Assembly: GCA_040901985.1 (NCBI GenBank)
Contig: JBBDYC010000014.1
Span: 3,769-67,768 of the forward strand
Length of the DNA: 64,000 nucleotides
Source of the DNA: Gemmatimonadaceae bacterium
GTDB taxonomy: Bacteria; Gemmatimonadota; Gemmatimonadetes; Gemmatimonadales; Gemmatimonadaceae
Direction: 5' to 3'
Shown: positions 34,797 to 45,768 of the stretch, piece after piece
Numbering within the stretch: the stretch's first letter is position 1
Layout: every line of letters begins with the position of its first letter
Program-made: the position numbers and the translations under genes
The notes under the pieces: generated by a model
Told to the model about the DNA's origin: nothing
Database searches by the model: none
The model's input: only the letters and a program-made list of their open reading frames with translations

Positions 34797-37187
34797 ATGC
34801 CAACCGTTGCCGAGATCTTCCAGACGATGGACTACGGGCCGGCGCCGGAGAGCGACGCCGAGGCGCGCGCCTGGCTCGCCCGTCACGGGAGCCGCTTCGG
34901 GCACTTCATCAACGGCGGCTTCACCAAGACCGGCACGACCTTCGACGTGATGGACCCGAGCACCGGCGACACGCTGGCGAAGGTCACGCAGGGGAGCGCG
35001 AAGGACGTGGACACGGCCGTGGTGGCGGCGCGCAAGGCGTTCGGCAAGTGGTCCAGGCTCAGCGCGCACGCGCGCGCGCGGCACCTTTACGCGCTGGCGC
35101 GGATGGTGCAGAAGCACTCGCGGCTCCTCGCGGTGGTCGAGTCAATGGACAACGGCAAGTCCATCCGCGAGACGCGCGACCTCGACATCCCGCTCGTGGC
35201 GCGGCACTTCTACCATCACGCGGGCTGGGCGCAGCTCTTCCCGACGGAGTTCGCCGGTTACACGGCCGTGGGCGTCGTCGGGCAGATCATCCCGTGGAAC
35301 TTCCCGCTCCTGATGCTCGCGTGGAAGATCGCGCCGGCGCTCGCGGCGGGGAACACGGTGGTGCTCAAGCCGGCGGAGTTCACGCCGCTCTCGGCGCTGC
35401 TCTTTGCCGAGCTCGCGCACGAGGCGGGTGTGCCGCCGGGCGTGATCAACATCATCACCGGCGATGGTCGCACCGGCGCTGCGTTGGTGGAGCACAAGGA
35501 CGTGGACAAGATTGCCTTCACCGGCTCGACCGAAGTGGGCCGGATCATCCGCAAGGCGACGGCGGGCAGCGGCAAGAAGCTCTCGCTCGAACTCGGTGGC
35601 AAGTCGCCCTTCATTGTGTATGAAGACGCTGATCTCGATGGTGTCGTCGAAGGCGTGGTGGACGCGATCTGGTTCAACCAGGGCCAGGTCTGCTGCGCCG
35701 GCTCCCGCCTGCTGGTGCAGGAGGGGATTCACGACCGGCTGATCGCCAAGCTGCGCGCGCGGATGGAGAAGCTCCGCGTCGGCAAGCCGCTCGACAAGGC
35801 GGTGGATATGGGCGCGATTGTCGCACCGGAGCAGCTCGAGCGGATCACGGCCCTCGTGAAGCAGGGACAGGAGGAAGGCGCCACGATGTGGCAGCCGAGC
35901 TGGAGCGTGCCGAAGAACGGCTGCTTCTATCCGCCGACGCTCTTCACGAATGTCGAGCCGGCGAGCACGATCGCCCAGGTGGAGATTTTCGGCCCGGTGC
36001 TCGTCACGATGACCTTCCGCACGCCGGAAGAGTCGGTGGCGCTGGCGAACAACACGCCATTCGGCCTCGCGGCGAGCGTCTGGAGCGAGAACATCAACCT
36101 CGCGCTCGACATCGCGCCGAAGCTCAAGGCCGGCGTGGTCTGGGTGAACGCGACGAACCTGTTTGATGCGGCGGCGGGATTTGGCGGCTACCGCGAGTCC
36201 GGATTCGGACGTGAAGGTGGACGCGAGGGAATGTTCGAGTACTGCCGGAGGGAGGTGGGAGGTGGGAGGGGTAAGGGAACGACCGCGCGACTCGGAGTCG
36301 CGGTTACCTCACGCCTCACCCCTCACACCTCACCCCTGCCGTTAATGGACCGCACCCCCAAGCTCTTCGTCGGCGGCAGGCAGGTGCGTCCCGATGGCGG
36401 CTACTCGCGCGTGATTGTCGGGCCCAAGGGTGTGCGCGTGGGCGAGGTGGGGGAAGGGAATCGCAAGGACGTGCGCAACGCGGTCGAGGCGGCGCACGCG
36501 GCGGCCACGGGATGGGCCCGGAGCACGGGGCACCTGCGGGCGCAGATTCTCTACTACATCGGTGAGAATCTTGCTGCGCGCGGCGATGAGTTCGCGGCGC
36601 GGCTGCGGGCGATGACGGGGGCGAACGCCAAGGACGCGCGGCGCGAGGTGGACGCCACCGTGGCGCGGCTCTTCAGCTATGGCGCCTGGGCCGACAAGTG
36701 GGATGGCGCGGTGCACAGCGTGCCGATCCGCGGCATTGCGTTAGCGATGCACGAGCCGATCGGCGTCGTTGCGGTCGCGGCGCCGGATGATGCGCCACTG
36801 CTCGGGTTCATCTCGGCAGTCGCGCCGCTGATCGCGACCGGGAACGCGGTGGTCGCGCTCCCGAGTGAGCCGCATCCGCTCAGCGCCACCGACCTCTACA
36901 CCGTCCTCGAGAGCTCCGACCTGCCGGGAGGCGTGGTCAACATCGTCACCGGCGCCAAGGACGTGCTCGCCAAGTCGCTGGCCGAGCACGATGCCGTCGA
37001 GGGGATGTGGTACTGGGGCTCGCGCGACGGGGTGAAGCTCGTTGAGTTCGCCTCGGCGTCGAATATGAAGCGGACGTGGTGCCACGCGGCGTCGCCGGAC
37101 TGGCACGACGCGGAGGACGGCGAGGGGCGGCACTTCCTGCGCGAGGCGACGCAGGTCAAGAACATCTGGGTGCCGTACGGGGAGTGA
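34797..37187 (+). CDS. Two-module aldehyde dehydrogenase (ALDH16-like)
   Basis: 'PWNFP', 'FTGSTEVG', 'LELGGK', 'QVCCAG'; the second, truncated ALDH module lacks these motifs. Confidence 0.93.
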   Translation: MPTVAEIFQTMDYGPAPESDAEARAWLARHGSRFGHFINGGFTKTGTTFDVMDPSTGDTLAKVTQGSAKDVDTAVVAARKAFGKWSRLSAHARARHLYALARMVQKHSRLLAVVESMDNGKSIRETRDLDIPLVARHFYHHAGWAQLFPTEFAGYTAVGVVGQIIPWNFPLLMLAWKIAPALAAGNTVVLKPAEFTPLSALLFAELAHEAGVPPGVINIITGDGRTGAALVEHKDVDKIAFTGSTEVGRIIRKATAGSGKKLSLELGGKSPFIVYEDADLDGVVEGVVDAIWFNQGQVCCAGSRLLVQEGIHDRLIAKLRARMEKLRVGKPLDKAVDMGAIVAPEQLERITALVKQGQEEGATMWQPSWSVPKNGCFYPPTLFTNVEPASTIAQVEIFGPVLVTMTFRTPEESVALANNTPFGLAASVWSENINLALDIAPKLKAGVVWVNATNLFDAAAGFGGYRESGFGREGGREGMFEYCRREVGGGRGKGTTARLGVAVTSRLTPHTSPLPLMDRTPKLFVGGRQVRPDGGYSRVIVGPKGVRVGEVGEGNRKDVRNAVEAAHAAATGWARSTGHLRAQILYYIGENLAARGDEFAARLRAMTGANAKDARREVDATVARLFSYGAWADKWDGAVHSVPIRGIALAMHEPIGVVAVAAPDDAPLLGFISAVAPLIATGNAVVALPSEPHPLSATDLYTVLESSDLPGGVVNIVTGAKDVLAKSLAEHDAVEGMWYWGSRDGVKLVEFASASNMKRTWCHAASPDWHDAEDGEGRHFLREATQVKNIWVPYGE
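36250..36337. repeat. Palindromic heptamer-repeat element inside the ALDH linker
   Basis: (gggaggt)n - cgcgactc-g-gagtcgcg - (ncctcac)n. Confidence 0.8.
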
Positions 37188-39196
<2,009 letters not shown>

Positions 39197-39230
39197 CGTT
39201 CTGAGGGCTCCGGTACACTTCGGGCTTCTG

Positions 39231-40322
39231 ATGCCGACGCAATCTACTCTTGAGGCGAAGCCGCGCGCTTGGGTGGAGGTGCACCTCGGCGCGCTCATAA
39301 GGAATGCGCGGGCGCTCGAACGCCAGTCGCGCACGCGGCTCCTGCCGATGGTCAAGGCCGATGCGTATGGGCTCGGGGCGTTGCCGGTGGCGCGTGCGCT
39401 CGAGGCGCTCGACCCGATCGCGTTTGGCGTGTCGTCCATCGTCGAAGGCGTCGAACTGCGGCGCGGGGGGATCTCCCGCCCGGTCATCGTCTTCACGCCC
39501 ACCCTCGCGCACGACCTGGACCGTCTGCGCGCCGACGAGCTCACGCCAACGCTCGCTGCGGCAGATGGGATTGCCCAGTGGGCGGCGCTCGGCGGCGGGG
39601 CGTGGCACCTCGCGATTGAGACGGGGATGCATCGCGCCGGGATTGCGTGGGATGCAGTCGCTTCACTCGGCGATGCGATTCGCGCCTGTCCCCCCGCCGG
39701 CGCCTTTACACACTTTCACTCGGCCGAGTTGGACGACGGCTCGCTGGAGCGTCAGGAGGCCCGGTTCCGGCAGGCCGTCGAGGCGCTGCCGATGCGGCCC
39801 CCGCTCCTGCACACGGAGAACAGCGCGGCAATGGCGCGGCGGAGTCCGTCGCCCTGGGACTGCGCGCGGCCTGGCGTGTTTCTCTACGGAGTGGGAAGTG
39901 GGGCAAAGGCGGCGATCCAACCGGAGCCGGTGGTGCATCTCCGCGCCCAGGTGCTGGAGGTGCGCGACGTGGCATCCGGCGAGACGGTGAGCTACGACGC
40001 CACCTGGCGCGCCGACGGGACGCGGCGAATCGCCACAATCGCGTGCGGTTACGCCGACGGCTATCGGCGCCAACTCGGGAACGTCGGCCGCGCCGTCGTC
40101 GGCGATGCGATTGTCCCCGTGGCGGGAACCGTCACGATGGATATGACGATGCTCGATGTCACGGGCTTGCCGTGTGCGCCCGGCGACGTGGTCACGCTCA
40201 TCGGAGGTGCGGGAGAGCGCCTCCTCACCGCCGAGGACGTCGCGAACTTGGCCGGGCTCTCGCCGTACGAGCTCCTGACCGGACTGCGGCAACGGTTGGT
40301 GCGCCGGTACGAGACCACCTGA
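39231..40322 (+). CDS. alr: Alanine racemase
   Basis: 'MVKADAYG', 'GYADG', 'G.V.MDM'. Confidence 0.95.
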   Translation: MPTQSTLEAKPRAWVEVHLGALIRNARALERQSRTRLLPMVKADAYGLGALPVARALEALDPIAFGVSSIVEGVELRRGGISRPVIVFTPTLAHDLDRLRADELTPTLAAADGIAQWAALGGGAWHLAIETGMHRAGIAWDAVASLGDAIRACPPAGAFTHFHSAELDDGSLERQEARFRQAVEALPMRPPLLHTENSAAMARRSPSPWDCARPGVFLYGVGSGAKAAIQPEPVVHLRAQVLEVRDVASGETVSYDATWRADGTRRIATIACGYADGYRRQLGNVGRAVVGDAIVPVAGTVTMDMTMLDVTGLPCAPGDVVTLIGGAGERLLTAEDVANLAGLSPYELLTGLRQRLVRRYETT

Positions 40323-41488
40323 TGGCCAATCGCGCGATCATCCTGGTGCTCGACGGCGTCGGCATCGGTGCGGCGCGCGACGCCGCCGAGTATGGGGACG
40401 TCGGGTCGCACACGCTCGGCAATCTCGCGCGCGCAGTCGGCGGCCTCGCCGTGCCGAACCTCGCCCGCCTCGGACTTGGCAACATCGCGCCGCTCGACGG
40501 CGTCTTTCCTGCCGCCGCGCCAGCCGCGGCCTGGGGGCTCCTCCAGCCACAGAGTGCCGGCAAGGACAGCACCACCGGCCACTGGGAGATCGCCGGGGTG
40601 CACATCGAGCGGGCCTTCCCAACCTATCCGAATGGGTTCCCCGAGGACGTGATCGGCGAGTTTGCCCGACGCACCGGGCGCGGCGTGATCGGCAACGTGG
40701 TCGCGAGCGGGACCGCGGTGCTCGACCAGTTCGGCGCGGAACATCGGCGCACGGGGAAGTGGATTGTGTACACCTCGGCCGACTCGGTCTTTCAGGTGGC
40801 GGCGCACGAGGAGACCGTGCCGCTGGACGAACTCTATTTGGCGTGTGCGACGGCGCGCCGGATGCTGGTCCCGCCGCACGACCCCTCGCGGGTGATTGCG
40901 CGCCCGTTTGTCGGTGCGCCGGGCGCCTGGAAGCGAACGCCGAACCGGCGCGACTACTCGATCGTGCCCCCGGAGGAGACGTTGCTCGACGCGCTCGAGG
41001 CGGCGGGGATCCTGCGCACCGGGGTGGGGAAGGTGGACGACCTCTTCGCCCGGCGGGGCCTCGACGGGGGGCACACGTCCGGGAACGCCGAGGGGATCAC
41101 CCGCATCCGTGACTGGATAATAAAGGGCCCCAATGGGTTGTTGTTCGCCAACCTAGTAGATTTCGACCAATTGTTCGGGCACCGGAACGATGTTCCGGGG
41201 TTCCATCAGGCGCTGCGCGACTTCGATGACGCGCTTCCCGAACTCATCGCTGCGCTCCGCGAGGACGACCTGCTCTTCATCACCGCCGACCACGGCAACG
41301 ATCCCACGACGCCGTCCACCGACCACGCCCGGGAGAATGTTCCGCTGCTGGTGGCGGGACCGCGCGTGCGCCCGCACGACCTCGGCCACCGCGAGACCTT
41401 CTCCGACCTCGGCGCCACCGTGGCCGAGTGGCTCGGCGTGGCATTCCGGGGCCGCGGCACGTCGTTCGCCGCTGCGCTGACCCGATGA
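40322..41488 (+). CDS. deoB: Phosphopentomutase
   Basis: 'LVLDGVGIG', 'GKDSTTGHWE', 'NLVDFD..FGHR', 'TADHGNDP'. Confidence 0.96.
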   Translation: MANRAIILVLDGVGIGAARDAAEYGDVGSHTLGNLARAVGGLAVPNLARLGLGNIAPLDGVFPAAAPAAAWGLLQPQSAGKDSTTGHWEIAGVHIERAFPTYPNGFPEDVIGEFARRTGRGVIGNVVASGTAVLDQFGAEHRRTGKWIVYTSADSVFQVAAHEETVPLDELYLACATARRMLVPPHDPSRVIARPFVGAPGAWKRTPNRRDYSIVPPEETLLDALEAAGILRTGVGKVDDLFARRGLDGGHTSGNAEGITRIRDWIIKGPNGLLFANLVDFDQLFGHRNDVPGFHQALRDFDDALPELIAALREDDLLFITADHGNDPTTPSTDHARENVPLLVAGPRVRPHDLGHRETFSDLGATVAEWLGVAFRGRGTSFAAALTR

Positions 41489-41904
41489 CCGGGAGTCCAG
41501 TGACGCCCCGCCTCGCCGAGCTCACGGCGCGCGCGCGGTTGGCCCAGGCCAACGCCTACGCCCCGTACTCGAACTTCCGGGTCGGGGCGGCGCTGCTCTG
41601 CGCCGACGGGACGATCGTGGACGGCTGCAACGTCGAGAACGCCTCGTACCCGGCTGGCACCTGCGCGGAACGCGTGGCGCTCGGCACCGCAGTCGCCGCC
41701 GGCCATCGGCGCTTCTCGGCAATCGTCATCGTCTCGGACGCCACCTCGGCCACGCCCCCCTGCGGGATCTGCCGACAGGCGCTGGTGGAATTCGGCCTCG
41801 ACGTAGAGGTCATCGCGGTGACGCCCGAGGGCGCGGCAACCCGCTGGACGCTCGACGCCCTCCTGCCGGACCCCTTCACGCCCTCTTCGCTCCCGACCCG
41901 ATGA
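41485..41904 (+). CDS. cdd: Cytidine deaminase
   Basis: 'AYAPYSNFRVGAA', 'NVENASY', 'CAER', 'PCGICRQ'. Confidence 0.96.
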   Translation: MTGSPVTPRLAELTARARLAQANAYAPYSNFRVGAALLCADGTIVDGCNVENASYPAGTCAERVALGTAVAAGHRRFSAIVIVSDATSATPPCGICRQALVEFGLDVEVIAVTPEGAATRWTLDALLPDPFTPSSLPTR

Positions 41905-43196
41905 TCCGGCGCCTGTCCCGCGTCCCGCTCCTGCTCGCGCTCCCGGTTGCCGTCGCCATCGGCGGTTGCGGCGAGGACCTCGAGACCGGCAATACCTGCC
42001 CGCTCCTCTGTCCGGGCCAGGAGATCGTCATCCGCGACACGGTGATCGAGCCGGCGTATGTCTTTGACTCGACACTGACCGGGTTTCCGCTCCAGGGGCT
42101 CGAGAATACGCTGCTCCTCTCGGCGCGCGGCGACACGGCCGACGTCCGGGCGGTGATCCGGTTCGACTCGCTGCCGCGCCTGTTCCTGCCGGTCGGCGGC
42201 GACACGCTGGAGCGGATCAACTACGTGGACTCGGCGTACCTCTCGATCCGTGTGCAGGCGAGCGAGGTCCCGCTGCCGGCGTCGTTCTTCATCGAGGCAT
42301 TCGACGTCTACGATCCGACGCTCGCCGACACCGCGATCGTCGAGCTCGCCGCGCATTTCAATGAGGACCGTCTGCTGGGCGGCGTACGCATTGACACCGT
42401 GAACTTCTCGGACTCGGTCCGGGTGCGGATCCCGCTCAACCGCGACCGGCTGCTGGCGATCATCGCCGACGACAGCGCCCGCCTGCGGGTCGGCCTCAGG
42501 CTGCGCGCCCCGACGTCGGTGCAGGTCCTCGTCGCCTCGTACTTGCCCGGGGGCGAGGGCGCGTTCATTGACTTCAACACCTCGCCGGACACGCTGGCGC
42601 AACAGGTTCGGTTCCTGCAGCCGGTATCGTTGACGCCGCCGAAGCCGGGACTGGTCACCGGGGACTACGTGGACTTCAACGTCGTGGTGAACGCACCCGG
42701 CATCTTCGCGCCAGGGACCTTCAGCGTCGGGGGGATGCCGGCGGCGCGGCCGTATCTGCGGTTCGACCTCCCGCTCTGGCTCACTGACTCGGTCAGCGTC
42801 CTGAAGGCGGAACTCGAACTCACACAGGACCCGCTCCCCGGGCCGAACGATGCCGACACCGTGGCGGTGCTGGTCCACCTGGTGCTTGCGGGAGAGACGG
42901 TGACGGACATCTACCGTGCGGCCACGCTCCTCTCGCCGGGCGGCGTGCTCACCAACTCCATCGTGACGCTCCCGAGCGACTCCGGACTCCAGGTCATCAA
43001 GCTGAACACCCTCGTGCAGCAGTGGCGCACACGCGATGGCGTGCGCAGCATCCCGAGCGCCCTCGTCCTGCGGACCAATAACGAGGGGTCCTCACTGTTG
43101 GCCGCCCGCTTCTTTGGGATCGACGCCGCGGACCCAGCGGTCCGGCCCCGCCTGCGCGTGAGTTACGTGCCGGCGTTCCTCTTCGGGAGCCCGTGA
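41901..43196 (+). CDS. Uncharacterised lipoprotein
   Basis: Lipobox 'IGG-C'; beta-rich; coupled to both neighbours. Confidence 0.75.
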   Translation: MIRRLSRVPLLLALPVAVAIGGCGEDLETGNTCPLLCPGQEIVIRDTVIEPAYVFDSTLTGFPLQGLENTLLLSARGDTADVRAVIRFDSLPRLFLPVGGDTLERINYVDSAYLSIRVQASEVPLPASFFIEAFDVYDPTLADTAIVELAAHFNEDRLLGGVRIDTVNFSDSVRVRIPLNRDRLLAIIADDSARLRVGLRLRAPTSVQVLVASYLPGGEGAFIDFNTSPDTLAQQVRFLQPVSLTPPKPGLVTGDYVDFNVVVNAPGIFAPGTFSVGGMPAARPYLRFDLPLWLTDSVSVLKAELELTQDPLPGPNDADTVAVLVHLVLAGETVTDIYRAATLLSPGGVLTNSIVTLPSDSGLQVIKLNTLVQQWRTRDGVRSIPSALVLRTNNEGSSLLAARFFGIDAADPAVRPRLRVSYVPAFLFGSP

Positions 43197-44329
43197 TGCG
43201 CGCCCTGACTGCGGCCGTCGCCCTGGCGCTGCTTACGCCCCTGGTCCCGGTTGCGGCGGCGCAGGGCGCGCTCAGCAACCAGGGGTTCGGCTACCCGACC
43301 GGCCAGTTGAGTGGCGCCGCGCGCGGCGCCGGCGGTGCGACCGTCGAGACCGATCCCAACTCCCCGATCAACCCGGCGGCGGTCACGCAGTCGAGCCGCT
43401 ATTCGGTGCTGATGCAGTTCGAGCCGGAGTTCCGGCGGACCGCAATCGGCGGGAGCGCCGCGACGGCGAAGATCCCGCGATTCCCGCAATTCTCGGCGAG
43501 CGGGGCATTCCGCCGCTTCGCCTACGCGGCGAGCGTCTCCACGTTCCTCGATCGCTCGTGGGAGAACGCGTACGCCGACAGCGTGCTCGTGGATGGCCAG
43601 TGGACCGAGTCCACCGTGCACACGAGGAGCAATGGCGCGATCGGCGACGCGCGGCTGGCACTTGGCTATGTCGTGCATCGGCGGCTGCAGGTGGGCGTGG
43701 GGCTGCACGCCTTCTCCGGCGAGAATCGCGTGTCGTTCCTCCGCACCTTCCCCGACACGTCGGGAATCACCGGCGTGGCGCAGGCATCGTCGGTGACCTA
43801 CGTGGGGCGAGCCCTCTCGCTGGGGCTCGTCGCGCGCCCGCTGGACGGGGTCGTCGTCGGCGTCTCGACGCGCGTCGGCGGCCGGCTGGGCGCCGACCAG
43901 GCCGGGGGGTCGGTGGGCGGTGACGCCAGCGTGCCATCGCGGACGGGGATCGGGATCTCCTGGCTCGCGCTCCCCGGCGCCTCGCTGAACGCGCGGTTCG
44001 ACCGCACGAAGTGGACGGAGATGGATGCGCTCGGCTCCGCTGATGTCGTGACGTTCGATGCCGACGAGATCGGCCTCGGGGTGGACGTGCTCGGTCCGGC
44101 GTTCGGCGGCGTGAACTCGATCGTGCGACTGGGGGCGAAGAGCCGCACGTTGCCCTTCGGCGTCAACGGGGACCAGGTCTCGGAGCTGGCGTTCAGCACC
44201 GGGCTGGGCGTGCCGGTCGCGCGCGGGCGCGCCCAGCTCGACTTCGCTCTCGAGCGCGCCGGCCGGCGGGCCGCCGGCGGGACCGAACGCGGCTGGTTCA
44301 TCAGTGTCGGGCTCGGCATCCGGCCTTGA
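43193..44329 (+). CDS. Outer-membrane beta-barrel (FadL/TodX-like)
   Basis: Signal peptide; 'ARGAGGA......NPA' plug-like motif; beta strands. Confidence 0.7.
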   Translation: MMRALTAAVALALLTPLVPVAAAQGALSNQGFGYPTGQLSGAARGAGGATVETDPNSPINPAAVTQSSRYSVLMQFEPEFRRTAIGGSAATAKIPRFPQFSASGAFRRFAYAASVSTFLDRSWENAYADSVLVDGQWTESTVHTRSNGAIGDARLALGYVVHRRLQVGVGLHAFSGENRVSFLRTFPDTSGITGVAQASSVTYVGRALSLGLVARPLDGVVVGVSTRVGGRLGADQAGGSVGGDASVPSRTGIGISWLALPGASLNARFDRTKWTEMDALGSADVVTFDADEIGLGVDVLGPAFGGVNSIVRLGAKSRTLPFGVNGDQVSELAFSTGLGVPVARGRAQLDFALERAGRRAAGGTERGWFISVGLGIRP

Positions 44330-45657
44330 CCGTGCCGACCGTCTACATCGAGACCTACGGCTGTCAGATGAACGTCAGCGACTCCGAGCTGATGTACGGC
44401 AAGCTCGAGGCCGAAGGGTATGTGGCGGTGGACGCGCCCGGCGGCGCCGACGTGGTCCTCGTCAACACCTGCGCGATCCGCGAGAACGCCGAGCAGCGGG
44501 TGATCGGACGCCTTGGCGAGTTGCGCCGCGACCTCAAGCCGGGCGCCGTGCTCGGCGTGACCGGGTGCATGGCGCAGCGCCTCGGGCCGCGGCTCCTCGC
44601 GACCGACACTCGCGTGCAGCTGGTGGTCGGTCCCGACGGGTATCGCGCACTGCCGTCGCTGATCGAGGGCGCGCGGAACGGTGAACGCTTTTCGGCCACC
44701 GACTTCGACCTCGAGGAGCACTACGAGGACTTCACCGCGCGCCGGTTCGAAGGGGTGAAGGCGTGGATCCCCGTGCAGCGCGGCTGCGACTACCGCTGCA
44801 CCTATTGCATCGTCCCGACGACGCGCGGCCCCGAGCGGAGCCGTCGGATGGCCGACGTCGTGCGGGAAACCGCCGAGGTGGCCGCACAGGGGATCACGGA
44901 GGTCGTGCTCCTCGGCCAGACGGTGAACTCGTACCACGACGGCGCGCACGACTTTGCCGACCTCCTCCGCGCGGTGGGCCGCGTGGACGGGATCCGCCGG
45001 GTGCGCTACACGAGCCCGCACCCGAACGACTTCTCCGACCGCGTGATTGCGGCGATGGCCGAGACGCCGACGGTCTGCGAGCACGTCCACCTGCCGATGC
45101 AGAGCGGCTCGACGTCGGTCCTCAAGCGGATGCTGCGACGGTATTCGCGCGAGGAATACCTCGCGAGCGTGGAGCGGCTGCGCGGTGCGATTCCCGGTCT
45201 CGGCCTGACGACGGACATCATCGTCGGCTTCCCGGGGGAGACCGACGCGGAGTTTGCCGAGACGCTCTCGCTCTGCCGCGAGGTGCGGTTCGACGACGCG
45301 TTCACCTTCAAGTTCTCGGCGCGCGAGGGGACGCCGGCGACGCGGATGCCGGCGGAGTGGACCGTGCCGACGGCCGTCGTGGACGCGCGCTACGAGGCGC
45401 TGGTGGCGACGGTGCGGGGAATCTCGCGCGAAAAGAATCTCGGCCGGCTTGGCGAGCGGATGGAAGTCTTGGTAGAGAAGGAGGCGCGCAAGGGCGACCT
45501 CCTGCAGGCGCGGTCGCGTGACTTCAAGACGGTGTTGGTCCCGGGCACGCCGGAGCTGATCGGCACGTACCTGACGGTGGAACTCACCGGGACGACCGGC
45601 GCGACCTTCACCGGGACCCCGGTCGCCGAGCGTCAGGCGCTGCCGCTGGCGGGGTAG
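44326..45657 (+). CDS. miaB: tRNA-2-methylthio-N6-dimethylallyladenosine synthase
   Basis: 'TYGCQMN', 'NTCAIRENAE', CxxxCxxC, TRAM domain. Start may be the GTG at 44332. Confidence 0.96.
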   Translation: MTVPTVYIETYGCQMNVSDSELMYGKLEAEGYVAVDAPGGADVVLVNTCAIRENAEQRVIGRLGELRRDLKPGAVLGVTGCMAQRLGPRLLATDTRVQLVVGPDGYRALPSLIEGARNGERFSATDFDLEEHYEDFTARRFEGVKAWIPVQRGCDYRCTYCIVPTTRGPERSRRMADVVRETAEVAAQGITEVVLLGQTVNSYHDGAHDFADLLRAVGRVDGIRRVRYTSPHPNDFSDRVIAAMAETPTVCEHVHLPMQSGSTSVLKRMLRRYSREEYLASVERLRGAIPGLGLTTDIIVGFPGETDAEFAETLSLCREVRFDDAFTFKFSAREGTPATRMPAEWTVPTAVVDARYEALVATVRGISREKNLGRLGERMEVLVEKEARKGDLLQARSRDFKTVLVPGTPELIGTYLTVELTGTTGATFTGTPVAERQALPLAG

Positions 45658-45768
45658 CGGTCCGGGGGCGGCGCGAGGCCGCCTCGAGCGGCGCGCCGCA
45701 CGGTTCCGCGCCGCGTTGCATTGATAGGGTGAACCGGCCGAGGCGGCTGCCGTGAGTGTTCGGCGGCG

